From: Paraphysomonas bandaiensis
Lineage: Eukaryota > Protista > Chrysophyceae
Assembly: GCA_965644295.1 (NCBI GenBank)
Contig: CBFFRP010000324.1
Span: 248,001 to 312,000 of the forward strand
Length of the DNA: 64,000 nt
Direction of reading: 5' to 3'
This document shows positions 1 to 12,877 of the stretch, one piece after another; the stretch's first letter is position 1; each line of letters starts with the position of its first letter. Under the pieces are notes generated by a model. It was not told the origin of the DNA, ran no database searches, and saw only the letters and a list, made by a program, of their open reading frames with translations. Made by a program: the position numbers and the translations under genes.

Positions 1-3000
1 AACAAACAGATCCAAGTACTCGGGCTTGCGTCCATTGGTTACTATCTTTTGCATAAACTCCGCCAAGTACCTCCTTTGGCATTGCTTTATCAGAAACCTA
101 TTTCCAGAGAGTATAGAGCGAACAACATTCGAACTACGGACATCATCATCAACTCTATCCAAGAACCAAGTTAGATACGTGAAAACAATTTCTTGGTTCG
201 TCTCATTGTTTCTGACGAAGTTACTTAGTAAATCATTACATGCGCGAATGATTTTCTTAATAACAACATGAGGTTCCCCCAAACTCGCATCAAGCAGAGC
301 CACCTGAACGGCCATAATGTTGTCAATTGCACCCATGTTCGCCAATATTTTCTGAACTTCTGGGTCCTCTGTGTGCGGTGGTTCAAATTCAATTATTTTG
401 GTAGGCGCATTAACCTTTAGAAGGTCTGTCAATTCTACCATTATGTCATGAAGCTGATCCGCAACCCTGTTATCTTCAGCAGTCTTCAATTCCCCCCATA
501 TTTCAAAGTTCTCAGCAAACTTTTTCATCAATTTCAACTGCGACGATATGGAAAGGAACTTATCCTCAACTTTCGGATTTGATATTATTTGAATGTTTTC
601 CATTGCTTCACGTAAGCGTTGCTTTTCACTTTTATGTATCATAAGCAAATATAACGCCTCCTGTACTAAATTGGGATCCGAATACATAACAATATCCAAT
701 AGCGCATCATCGAACTTTGCAGGAATAAAGGCTGCACAGCTGTCGTCTGCATCCATGGTTCTCATGTAGATATCAACAGCATCACGACTTTTCCCATCAC
801 TTTCGGCATTATACCATTGCACGAACGCGTGAAATGATGACGACAGTTTTCTATCTTGAATTCTGTCGTGAACAATAGACAAAACACGCAAAATTCCGGC
901 AATAGTTCTGACTTCGCTCTCCGTTGTCGTTTTGTATCGTGCTGGCATTGTCCACGGTTTAACTACCTGTGCACCCTCAGCTATCTTTTTCAGCAACCTG
1001 GCTGCTCGAATCACTCTTATCAGTCTAAGTATACGAACCGTTTTTAGCGTTTTGGCAAAATTTGCAGCTCTTCCCAAGCCGGGAGAATCTATAGAAAGAA
1101 GAACGATATCCAAAGTGACGACGGCGATATCAATAAGATTAAATGGTGACTGGCAAAACGTGTGGACGTTTTCATACACAGCAGCGTAGCAGTACATTCG
1201 AATCGTCAATTCCAATATGAAAACAATGGAAACAGATAAATCAAAGGCATACAACCCAGCAAACGTTTCGGAGGGGTAAAACACTTGGACAGCAGAGAAA
1301 ACAGTCGTTACAACAACCAATGTGAGCACAAATGTCAAAAATTTCATCGACTCGAACACTCGCAAAAGCTTCAATTCGAATTTGTCACTGAGTTCAACTC
1401 CACCTCCTTCGTCCTTAAATCGCATGGATTTATGACTTTTTCCACGAGACAGGTTATTCGACGAAAGAGTCAGCTTCTTCGATCTCGCTCTATGTATCGC
1501 ATCACTCTTCTCCGACGGCATCACTTTTCGAGAGGCACGAAACGACTTTCCCACTGACGATAGCGATGACATGACTTGTCCTTTCACACTAGCACTTTTA
1601 CTAGCACGCGCCTTCGCAGCAGCTGCAGCAACGACGGATTCCAACGTCATGTACTCATCATTATCTTCATCATCCTCATCATCACTTGCAGCAACATCCT
1701 CCACTACAGTAGAGTACAGACGATGGTCATCAAGAGCATCCACGAGTGGGTTTATTATGTCTTGGAGTTGTTCAGGTGTACTGTAGTAGCCAAACCGAAC
1801 CAAATCAAGTAGTAGATCCATCATTTCTGCGGACAACTCATCGCACTTAGTTGTATCAAAGCTACTATGCAAGTAATCAGATATAATTTGTTGTAGCAAT
1901 CCGAAGCAGTACGGGCTACCCGAATGGTATTTATTAAAACTGCTGTGATGGCCTCCCTCTAAATCTGACGAAGTCTTAATAAGACGAGGAAATCTGGCCT
2001 CCACTTGCGGGTCTCTGTCAATATAGAGTGTGCGCAAAATGCGACACACGGGAGCTTTATACTGATTTATAGATGATTGTGTTTTCAGTATTGTAAGCAA
2101 CACCTCATAAGAATAAAATTTTTCTAAGAGCTCTATAGCCACATAATTTCGATCCAAACATAGATCAGCCACAAGGTACAGCTGGGCCACAAAATAATCC
2201 ATGATTTGTCGCTTCCTTTCGGTAATAGTTTTAGCTTTACCCGAATCCTTTCGTTTCAAACGCTTGGAACCGCCCCCAGATAATGCGGCATACGACTGCA
2301 GTCGCTTTCTACCTTGAACAGCCACCGTTGATGTACGCCTTAAGAGAGACAACTCATTCTGCATCGCCTTCGGTTCAGAGCTAGGAGGTTCGATGTACAT
2401 CGACGCCCTACCAGAAGCCTTATCACCATTAGCGCAAATGAAACGAAAAGGAACATCAGTACTGCGCCCGAAAAGAGTCTTCATCGTATAGTCGTCTGCG
2501 GAATCTGGAGATGCAAACCAACTCAATAAAAGGTTAGGAATGCCGTTCTCATGCAACGTGTATCCCCTAACGCATGATAAATTACCATCTGCAGGAAAAT
2601 ACATCTTCTTTTCCGACCACGGAATCTTCTTCAGAAACCTATCATCTTCTTTGATAGATATTAATACACTTCGGCATTTCTTCAATAAATTCGACGACGA
2701 CGATTCCATAGATATCGGAACAAACCCCAGAGGTGTTCTGTTCGGATTTCCACCACCGCGGGACTTCTTACCAGATCTAGATGGACTTGCATTGCTAAGG
2801 AACTTGGATGCCGCACCCCCTACTGAGGAATTGAGTCGAAACAAATTTTCCCTTTGAAAAAGAGCATTAGCAACTAAGCGCTGTGTGCTATCCACTCCGC
2901 TCGGACATGTGCAAGTACTCTGCACATAGCAATCACCCTCAAGTACAATAGAAATGAAGTCTTACCCTCAACAGCTTCAAAATAGTCACATTCATTTCAG

Positions 3001-5313
3001 TTTCAACTAATAAATCCAAAAATATTTTGATTTCTCTGTCTCGAACCTAAGCCACCATAAAAATACGAGCAAGCTATCATAACTTTATTGAGATATTTAC
3101 CTTCGTTTGCAACATTTGTAAATTATCTCGGAGCATTTCTTGGACACAAGCAACAGCAAGCACCTGGTCTTTGACCTATCCAGTTTGTCAAACAGCTGCT
3201 CGAAAATCATCTAGAATAGTCGCACCTGATTAAGCAGCAATGGAAAGTAATCCGCAATGCTGATTTGATTAATATGACTCTTCGATATTCCTAGAAACAA
3301 AACATTGAAGCAACTCTTCGCGAGCTCCTGCGTCAGGGACTGAGCTCGTCCGCCACCCATTGACCGGATGCTCGGCACCGTCTCGAGAGAATTTTGAACA
3401 ACTGTGTTGCCAGTCCTACGCCGAGGAATACCACTGGACACAGGCTCAGCCTCAACCAGAGTATTGCGCGACTTTTTGGTTTTATGAAGCGCCTCTATCA
3501 CCACATCCGCGAGTGACATACGACCACTGTTTTTGTCCTTCCCTAATCGCGCGGCTGAAGTCAAGCGTAGTATTTTACTTTTGCGTGCAGCGGAAGCGAA
3601 CGAAATTCGTTTTCTTGTTCCTTCGGGTTTAGGCATGACATCACGGAAGGTATCATTGTCACAATCGTCATCTTCAGCATTCTCCTTCCTCTCGTCGAAA
3701 TTGGTGCTATACGAATGTGACGTCAGTTTATTTAAACGGGTATTTTCATGTAACTCTTTCAGCATTCCCAGAGCGCACATCTCGACTATATCTAAGAGCA
3801 CATGCAATATTCCCTGTTCCCGAATCATTGTCTGCCTGATCACCACACGAGCAGATCCCACAGGCTCAAGTAGTGCAGTTATTTCATCATCAGAATGGGA
3901 CGAATCAACTGCGGGCGACAGGAAAACACATAAGAAATCCAGGCATGAAAGTAGTGTCTTGAACTCAGCTTCTACCAATGCTGACGGCATTGAAAGGATT
4001 TCTCTCGAGCGAACTGAGAGCTCAAACTTCCTTAGAATGGATGCCGCCTCCACACCCACAAATAGGTCAGCTCCCATAGTCTTGTGAGTCCTGGAAGAAA
4101 GCAGCAGCGGTAGGGCCATCGACCTGTCTTTTGAACCACAACATTCCGATCGAACTCCGTGCTTAGATTTTTTAAGAGAGAGCCAGAGGCCCTTACAGAG
4201 TAGCTGAATAACCGCGCCCTCTTGGACAGCAGTGCCAGCTTCCACTTGTTGTGACAACACCACCTCGAAAAGAGAGCAATCCCGGCGGTTCTTTACAGCA
4301 CACACACCGTCAGTTTCCATCTTCATATACAATCCTGTATTCAAGTCTCGAAGGGCAATGAGACCACCTCGATTCCCCACGGGCCCACCCTTAAACATGT
4401 CCTCGAATTCAACCATCCACAGAAGATTCGTACCAACATTGCAGTCCGACGCTGCGAACGACAGTTGTATGCTGTTGGACATAATGACATTAGCGCGTTG
4501 GGTAAGTCCTGGTTTCTGCTGATCCAATGTTAAATAGGTTGATGTCTCTGGCTCCTGAAGAGACACCAACTGCCCGGCCAGAATGTGTTTCGACTTACTC
4601 TCTTTGGCCTGCTGAAATATGTAAATAGTCCATATTGAGCTCTCGAGGGAACAGTTAATCTCTTTGTTGCCATCGGGGTTAGTCTTGGGTGCCTTTCTTG
4701 CAGCGTGAATATACTCACTTGATCTCTCATGAACTCGAATGAAACATTCGTTTTCGTTTACAATTTGCTGGCCTTCTCTGTCGTACTTATATCTAGGCAT
4801 AAATTCTACCCAGCTCATCGCATTTCCTCTTTCCATGAGTGTGACGCGCATATTCTCTCTCTCCTGCTTCGCAAGCAAAATTGATGACACCGTAAGAAAT
4901 TTCCGAGTTTTAACATGTCGCAGCTGTATCACATCACCGAAACCAACTAATTTACCAGTCTTCATAGCCATCAACTTCTCGTTTAATCTGTTTTCGTTTG
5001 ATGCAGCCATGATTAATTGTCGCTCGTGTTCCTTGTCATTCACTGTCAAAGAATTTCCACGTAAAGCTTCTGGCCCATCTTCCTCATCATCTCGCTGTAG
5101 TTGCATCATTCTGTCTTCATATTCTTTGACAGCATTGTATTGATTCTGTACAGTAACTTCCCACAGACAATTCTCAAAAGAGTGTGGATCTTTAATCAGA
5201 GACAAATCATCACTAAGAATATCTTCAGAAGAAAGCCAGCCATCATTAGGTTTGCTGTGTCGCAGACATACAATGTCACCAATGCGAAGCGACCCTGGAG
5301 CAGCCATGGCCAT
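1..5313 (-). CDS. ITPR: Inositol 1,4,5-trisphosphate receptor-like (IP3R/RyR superfamily) channel, 5' portion, with an inserted voltage-sensor domain; 3' part lies outside the window
   Basis: Exons 5313-3226, 3175-3101, 3046-2966 and 2919-1 (open at the edge), separated by three phase-0 GT-AG introns of 50, 54 and 46 nt. The translation has IP3R hallmarks: LRIGDIVCL at the N-terminus, FGDVIQLRHVKTRKFLTV (beta-trefoil/MIR), RQTMIREQGIL (RIH1), YFVAQLYLVADLCLDRNYVAI, LYIDRDPQ, LVRFGYYS, and RIH2 QKILANMGA...FVRNNETNQ...NGRKPEYL. Confidence 0.93.
985..1365 (-). other. Voltage-sensor domain (S1-S4) encoded in frame inside the IP3R-like exon 4
   Basis: Manual translation: FESMKFLTFVLTLVVVTTVFSAVQV (S1), FDLSVSIVFILELTIRMYC (S2 with FxxExxxR), PFNLIDIAVVTLDIVLL (S3 with NxxD), KTLKTVRILRLIRVIRAARLLKK (S4, a basic residue at every third position). 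Confidence 0.92.
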
Positions 5314-6475
5314 ACTAGAGTATTATATCGTCTCAATATAAATAATTCGTATACTATAATGAAGCATTCCTTACGACCTCTTTTATAAAGAAACCGATAT
5401 AACAATCTTAATCATCCTAATATTTCATTGCGTTCCATTCCATCATTCCATGAACACTGCAGTTGTTCTCTGTACTATAAATAGTAGCCTTAAGGTAGTG
5501 ATGCTCTGTGTATGTATAGTACTCGACTTACAGTATTTGCTTCCAATTTTGTGTAAAAAATCAGCAATTTTCTGTACTTTTGTGAGGTTTTGTGGTCAAC
5601 ATCTGGCATAACGGACAGAGCCATCAATTCAGTTTTGAGTTTTGAGGTAAAATGTAGAGTTTTTTTGCTGAAAAGCGCACCAGCATATCACACAAGACTT
5701 GTCTGCATACCATATTCCGGTATACACAGTACTATAAATTCCTACTGCACACTGCATACTCTGTCTACCGTATACTGCTGTATATGGCAGTACACCACAA
5801 CTGCCGTATATACGCCCTGCAGCAGTTGAAAAACGTGTGCTGAAATGGTTGGAATGAAACTACAATGAGCAGGTTAAAGGGTGCACATCAGGACACTAGC
5901 TGAGTGAGAAGTAGGAAGCGGAGAGTTTCAAGCTGGAAGAAGTTACTACAGGAGTTTCGTAGTTCTAAGTATGTATGTATTCTTATGCAGGTTTCCCTCC
6001 ATGTTGCGATAGCAGGTTTGATATTTGATTCTATTTACCTCCCCCTAAGAGTTGGCTGATTAATTTTTGAATGAACTCATACGTAGGTGAAATATATCTT
6101 ATTTTCTCAGCTATCCTTGAGAGTTATCCCACTCTTTAATATGCTTTCTTCTAATATATAGTATATCACATATCGACCTCATATTATATTACGCTGATAA
6201 ATATTGTACTACATACTATTTCGGTTCTTAGTACCTTACATATATATGAAAGCAATAGTAGGTATACTCTAAAAAAGTAATTCAAAGACAATTTCATGGG
6301 AGTATTATCATTGACTTATTACTGCTGAGGTTATTTCACCTCCCTTTGCCACTCTATTATACGAAACTACAACCCACCACAAGCGACACAACATAATACA
6401 ATCATGTGTCGAAATTCATTTAATAAACGGGTACGGAAAAACATCCAATACATGCTACAGCATGATCAGCACAGC

Positions 6476-7282
6476 TCATGTGGAATCATGAAGGATATGA
6501 CGCCGGATGGATTTTCTAAGAGATGGTTGAGTTGATGACGACCTTCGCATGTGATTGCGAGCTAGTTGAGGTGGTAGTACTTCATCGACACTACTACGAT
6601 CGCTATTGACCGAGGACTTTTCCACAGGAGGGCCATAGCCCAGAAAGCAGTGCTTGTATTCACTGCGAAAAGAATTCTCTGATTGGAGCAATGAGGCAGA
6701 TGAAGTGTGACATAGAAAAGCACACAGCTGAAGTGGTGATGCATTTTTCAAAGCGAAGTGTGTATCTCTCAAGCGGAGAGAGGTCGGAAGGGTTGACGGT
6801 TTTAAACAGCATGAAACGCATGTCTCATAATGCGAGCAGCAACCAAGAGTAGAATCACAATTGGAACAGGAGTGCGCAGGGAGAATGGATGAATCGTGAG
6901 CACAGCATTGAGACGACGTATTGATGCTACTGACCGCACAGATTTGCCCATTAGAGTCACATACGAGTCCATGATGTTGTGGGGTGGTGTGCTCACACTT
7001 TCGATTAAGACTTTCATGAATTGAGGTAGAAGACTCATACAGTTCTTCCACGATGGAGAGCGAAAGAGCGGGTACATTTTGGACACTATCAGCAACTGGT
7101 TCTAATGGCAATATTGGGATGATTTGCGACAACAAAAATAAAATGGCAACTGCAGTCACAAGTAACAAAATGCCCTTATGTTTAGAAGGGAGTCTTGTGT
7201 TGTTGGAGGGCACCTCAGAAGAGTACTTCTGAAATGTCCTAAACTTTCGATTATTTCGCTGAACAGTCGAAAGTCTTATCAT
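6476..7282 (-). CDS. SPRING1: SPRING1/C12orf49 (UPF0454)-family type II membrane protein
   Basis: One N-terminal TM helix followed by the family cysteine pattern DSNGQIC...CC...CSNC...GCCSHYETCVSCCL...LCAFLCHTSSAS...ENSFR...KHCF. Confidence 0.85.
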   Translation of the reverse strand: MIRLSTVQRNNRKFRTFQKYSSEVPSNNTRLPSKHKGILLLVTAVAILFLLSQIIPILPLEPVADSVQNVPALSLSIVEELYESSTSIHESLNRKCEHTTPQHHGLVCDSNGQICAVSSINTSSQCCAHDSSILPAHSCSNCDSTLGCCSHYETCVSCCLKPSTLPTSLRLRDTHFALKNASPLQLCAFLCHTSSASLLQSENSFRSEYKHCFLGYGPPVEKSSVNSDRSSVDEVLPPQLARNHMRRSSSTQPSLRKSIRRHILHDST

Positions 7283-7988
7283 ACCAATACTTATAATACT
7301 TTCTATACCATCTTATAACCGTTCACATGATATGAGTATGAAATAGCGGATTAATGCCATTCTATTATAGAGGTTTCTATATTCACTTGTTTACAACAGT
7401 TACTATATATTGGTTATGTATCGATACATGTGCTATACAGAATACTGTGTGCCGGAAATAAAGAACAAAGTGGGCAATGCGTGGAGGAAATGTTGGACTA
7501 ATCGAACCACGCTGCTGTCAGATATGTAGAGACATTCCAATACACACACCACAATAGATTATGCTTGTTCATACGAGAAACACACTTGGCTTGGAGCTGT
7601 GAGATCAGGTGATGCATACCTGCAGGACAATAGTGTAAAGTCCAGGTTTTTTTATACACTTCTGCAGCGTACATCCACTACAGTACAGTATATAGCCACT
7701 AATGCCTAAAAACTATCCATATTTTTTGAAACAACAAAAAAAAACCCCGAAGATTATAAAAAAAACATATTGTCAACAAAAGAGTGAACTGAAAACGTCT
7801 CTTCAAGAAGTGCATACACACCAACTGATTCCTACATAGCGGTATAATTGAAAGGCGTTTTTGCGGTGAGTGTTTCATGAGGCTCATTGACATGTAGATA
7901 TATATATATATACATACTATTATCTCAATACAGCCCTGGCGTTGTTCAAATACATTCAGTCAGCTGATATTGTGACTTTTAGTTGATC

Positions 7989-9788
7989 ATGAATACAGCA
8001 TTTCAACCACAAATTATATTGTTGAGAGAGGGGACTGATACCAGTCAGGGAAAGTCTCAGATTGTGTCCAATATTAATGCATGCATGGCTGTGGCGGAGA
8101 CAGTCCGAACGACTCTAGGTCCAAGAGGAATGGATAAACTAATGAATGATGGAAGGAGGACCACTATATCTAATGATGGTGCAACTATTATGAAGCTGTT
8201 AGATATTGTTCATCCGGCCGCTAAGACTCTAGTGGACATATCTATGGCACAGGTTACTTTACTGCACACTCATATGAAACTTGCTTATATAATAATGTTA
8301 TAGGATGCCGAAGTTGGTGATGGAACCACGTCGGTTGTTCTGCTTGCGGCAGAGATATTGAAAGAAGTCAAAGACTTTATCGAAGATGGATTACACCCAC
8401 GCATTGTTATCCGAGGACTGCGCGAGGCATCTCAGTTGGCGTGTAAGACGATAGAGAAGTTAGCTATTTTGCGTGAGGGCGAAGAATTCCGTGCACTTTT
8501 AGAGAAATGCGCAGGAACTGCTCTTAATTCTAAGCTAATCGCAAGACAGAAACATCTATTTTCTCCGATGATAGTGGATGCAGTGATGTCGCTCGATCAG
8601 CAGTTTTGTGACATCAAGCTGATAGGCATTAAGAAGATCACTGGTGGGTCTGTCACGGACTCGCAGCTCATTGATGGTGTGGCTTTTAAGAAGACTTTTG
8701 CCTATGCTGGATTTGAGCAACAACCGAAGCACTTGAGCAACCCCAAGATTCTTTTGCTAAACGTAGAGCTTGAGCTGAAGAGTGAGAAGGAGAATGCTGA
8801 GGTCCGTATCACGGACCCGGACCAGTACCAGTCCATTGTAGACGCCGAGTGGAATATTATATATGAAAAGCTTGACAACTGCGTTAAATGTGGCGCCAAT
8901 GTTGTTCTGTCCCGCCTTCCTATCGGGGATCTTGCCACCCAGTACTTCGCCGATCGGGGCATATTCTGTGCCGGTAGGGTCGCCACCGACGACCTTGACA
9001 GGGTATCCAAAGCCACCGGTGCTGCTGTGCAGACTTCCGTTAACGGCCTCACCGCTGATGTACTCGGCGAGTGCACTTTGTTTGAGGAAAAAGGTCTTGG
9101 GGACGAGAGATATAACTTCTTCAAGGGGTGCCCTAAGGCGAAGACCGCTACAATTGTGTTGCGTGGTGGAGGAGAGCAATTCCTTGAGGAAACGGAGCGC
9201 TCTGTGCATGATGCTATCATGATTGTCAAGCGTACTCTTGCCAGCCGGTCTATTGTTGCAGGTGGTGGAGCGATTGAGCTTGAGCTTTCGAAGGTTCTAC
9301 GTGAACACGCCAGAACCATTGTTGGTAAACAGCAGTTGGTGGTGACCTCGTTTGCGCGTGCTCTCGAGGTGATTCCACGACAGCTGGCGGATAATGCTGG
9401 AATTGACAGCACTGATGTCCTCAATCTCCTGCGCAAGGAGCACGCTACTGCGACTGATGGGGCAGGAATATGGATGGGTGTAGATGTGCTCAATGAAGGT
9501 ATCTGCAACACACTTGACGTGGGAGTGTGGGAACCAGCTGCGAACAAGTTGAATTCTATCGCTGCCGCCACTGAGGCTGCATGCTGCATTCTGGGCATTG
9601 ACGAAACTGTCCGAAATCCTCAAAGTGAGAAACCAGGGGCCCCCTCACAGGGTGTTGGGCTCGGTCCTGGAGGAGCGGGTAGAGGTAAGATGGTCTCCGA
9701 AGCAATGGGCGGAGGAGGTATGGCTGGAATGATGGGTAGGGGAATGAGGAAAGGTGTCAACAAGTTCAAGGGACGCGGTGGCGCTTAG
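7989..9788 (+). CDS. CCT7: T-complex protein 1 subunit eta (chaperonin CCT7)
   Basis: [49 protein letters not shown] (after splicing intron 8253-8303), [25 protein letters not shown]. Confidence 0.97.
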
Positions 9789-10556
9789 TTTGATTCGACT
9801 GTATGGTTCAACAACAGAGTACTAGTTGTAGTCTAAGCTTGTGCGTTGTAGGAAAGTGATGTTCGCTGTAGCATGGATGCGAGCGATGTTGCTCCTGCTT
9901 CAAATGCAAAAGTTTAATAATCAATAATGTTTAGAACGACACGTCGTATGCAGGTGTTGTGCATTAACATGTGTACCGAAAATCGCGAGCCTACTATTGT
10001 AGTTTTGAGAGGTGTCAGAGCCACATGGCAATGTGTGGGAAGCATTCTACAGTCGTTGTAACAAACAAGGAATCAAAAGTCACTCATATGAATTTTGAAG
10101 TGCTAGTACCTTACTTTTAAAACATGTGTTTTATCTCTGCGACTGTTGGAATATGTATGGTTCTCTAAGATTGTACTGTAGAATACGTTAAATACAATGT
10201 GAAAAACAGTAATACGTAGTCAAAGATACTATATAGCTATATAGCTATAACTGTGAAACTGAAGTATTGTATCATGACGATTCAAGATACGAAAGTTGAG
10301 CAGTGGTTGATATGAACAAAATAAATTATCATGTTGTTGACATGTCTTACATGACAACACACACAATTGTGTATGCAATTATAATAAAGAGTCTATCCAG
10401 TTTAATTACTACAAACTTTTCTCAACGATCACAACTATTAAAATGACCAATAGTCAATAGCGACGTATTCATCAAGCACTATTGATTTTGAAATTCTTAT
10501 CCCGCAAAAACAAACGCCAAAAATACCATTTCAAATATACGTACAAAGTACAAGGA

Positions 10557-12566
10557 ATGTGTGGTGCAAACGCTGTTCAAACGTGTCTTGCTATTATACT
10601 ATTAGGCCTAACACACCTAGCAATGTTGATGAGGCACTAACAGACAGACACAAAGAACAATGGGTGTGAGCCATCAACAAAGAAATCAAGTCTCTAAAGA
10701 GAGCAAAGGCTACTGGAAGATAACGACACCACCAGCAAATTCCAATATCATAAAAGGAAATATTGTGTTTAGAGTAAAGGTCAAGCGAGATGAGGTTACT
10801 TTTAAGGCGAGGTTATTAATGGCTCAAGGTTTCTCACAGGTAGAGGGCAAAGACTACAACAACGAAGCATACAGCCCAGTCGCGAAGGCCGCATCAATGA
10901 GAACCGTTATAGCCCTATAGCAACAATACTTGGGTTGGAGCTACACCAGGTAGATTTCACCACTGCTTATATCAATGCCGATCTCCAAGAGGGAATTTAC
11001 ATGTATCCACCCGCTGGCCTCGATGTTCCAAACTGGAAGGTCCTCCGACTCCTAAAGAGTATATACGGACTCAAACAATCCGGATTAAATTGGTACATAT
11101 ATGCACGAATTATTTGTTGATTGTGGTTTCACCAGATTAGTATCCGACCCGTGCATCTTCAAGAAAACTATTGATGGGCGACTCATAATTCTGGCAGTTT
11201 ACGTCGATGAAATAGGACCGACATCACTCATATCAAGAATTTATTAGCTGAAAAATTTAACAATCATGATCTCGGCGTCCTATATTACTACCTCGGAATA
11301 TTCGTTAAACAGGACCTACTGAATCGAACCACGACGTTAAAACCAATTCCAATACATTCGAGATTTACTCCACAAATTCAACATGCAAGACTGTAAACCA
11401 CGTCGTCACCCCATGACGACAAATTTCCACAATACTTATATTTTAGACATTCTCAAAAATAAACAACTATCCCAAAAAAATCTAGAACTTATCCAAATTT
11501 CACTTATAAGGGACTCATAATAGAATCACTGATGTGTATTGCTGTATGCACTAGACCCGATATTGCATAATATTATGCTGTAAACACCCTTGATAACCCC
11601 ATCTAACTACACATGCAAAGCCGCATTAAATATACTTAGGTACTACCTTAAAGGCACCATCGATCAAGGTCTCAATTACTCCGGGAAATCTGTTACATTA
11701 ACTGGATTCGCCGACAGTGATTGCAATATAACTCGCAGGTCGACTACAGCATTCTGCTTATTTATTGAAAATTGTCTCATTTCCTGTCAATCACGACTCC
11801 AGACCACTATTGCTCTCTATCCTCTACAGAAGCGGAGTACATGGCACTATCAAAAGCATGTCACTACTAAATTGGGCTTTCACATGCCATAATACTCAAC
11901 AACCATATGGTGTGACAACAAAGGTGCAATTCAACTGTGCCTAAACCCCGTACACCATCGACGAACAAAACATATTGCCATCAGATATCACTTCATAGAG
12001 AACAAGTCGCCTCGCGCTCTATTATTTGTTGATTACATGCCTACAAACGAGATGCTAGCCGACATTGTAACTAAACCTCTCACATCAATCAAACACGTTC
12101 CACAGATTGCGGGATTCACTAATGGGGGGGGAGGCATCAACATACTGCTAGCAATAAAAGAACAAGAGTATCTATCCCACCTGCAGAGAACTCAACCAAA
12201 ATACCACGATGGATGACTTAGAGATTATGACATCAGTGTAATCCACAATCTGTGATTGCACTCGTGGGTTTTACTCTCAGTAGAACTATCTCCTAATATA
12301 TACACCTATATTTATAATATCTATGTACGTCATATGATTATTATTTCATTGAGGGGAAGTATTAAGATTCATTGATTCACGTATATACGTATATCCCTTA
12401 ACGCGTGAATACAACACATAACACAACATGTATACAATGAAATATCAAATAGACTGAATAATTACCAAACTATATAAGATACGCGACTGTACAAGTTACG
12501 CACATATGTGTGGTGCTAACACGCTAACACTGTTCAAACGTGTCTTGCTATTATACTATTATGCCT
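10557..12566 (+). mobile_element. Decayed, internally deleted Ty1/copia LTR retrotransposon (RT-RNase H remnant with LTR fragments)
   Basis: Copia RT motifs FKARL..AQGFSQVEGKDY, HQVDFTTAYINADLQEGIYM, LLKSIYGLKQSG, AVYVDE and RNase H motifs GFADSD, STEAEY, CDNKGA, RTKHI, all broken by stops and frameshifts. PPT-like GAGGGGAAG at about 12351. A roughly 50-bp direct repeat sits at 10557-10609 and 12506-12566. Confidence 0.93.
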
Positions 12567-12877
12567 TATCCTTCATGTGAAGTTTATATTTTATATATAC
12601 ATTCAATCTTTATCTCTAATCTCACGAAGTTTATCTTTACTAAATACCAAGACTAGCTTTAATCTTATTTTAAAGAGTTATTTGAAAAGAATATTCAAAC
12701 GTCATGTAGTGGACACTAACAAGTTGATTATTGAATAGTACTTACCGAAGAAAGGTAAATTCAACAACATGCACAACACCACACTCAAATGCCAATATCG
12801 ACATTGGTTATTTACGTCTACCTACAAAATTCACAAATCAAATGTTCTAAATTGTACATATAGCTAACCAAAGATTG

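Noticed and set aside
26-5388. Numerous plus-strand ORFs over the IP3R-like gene
   Set aside because: Antisense shadows of a long minus-strand coding frame; no independent motifs.
8702-9623. 298-aa and other antisense ORFs inside CCT7
   Set aside because: Codon-bias shadow of a highly expressed gene.
9640-9788. GGM/GRG-rich C-terminal tail of CCT7 resembling GroEL tails
   Set aside because: Gly/Arg-rich tails are common on CCT7 orthologues; not unusual.
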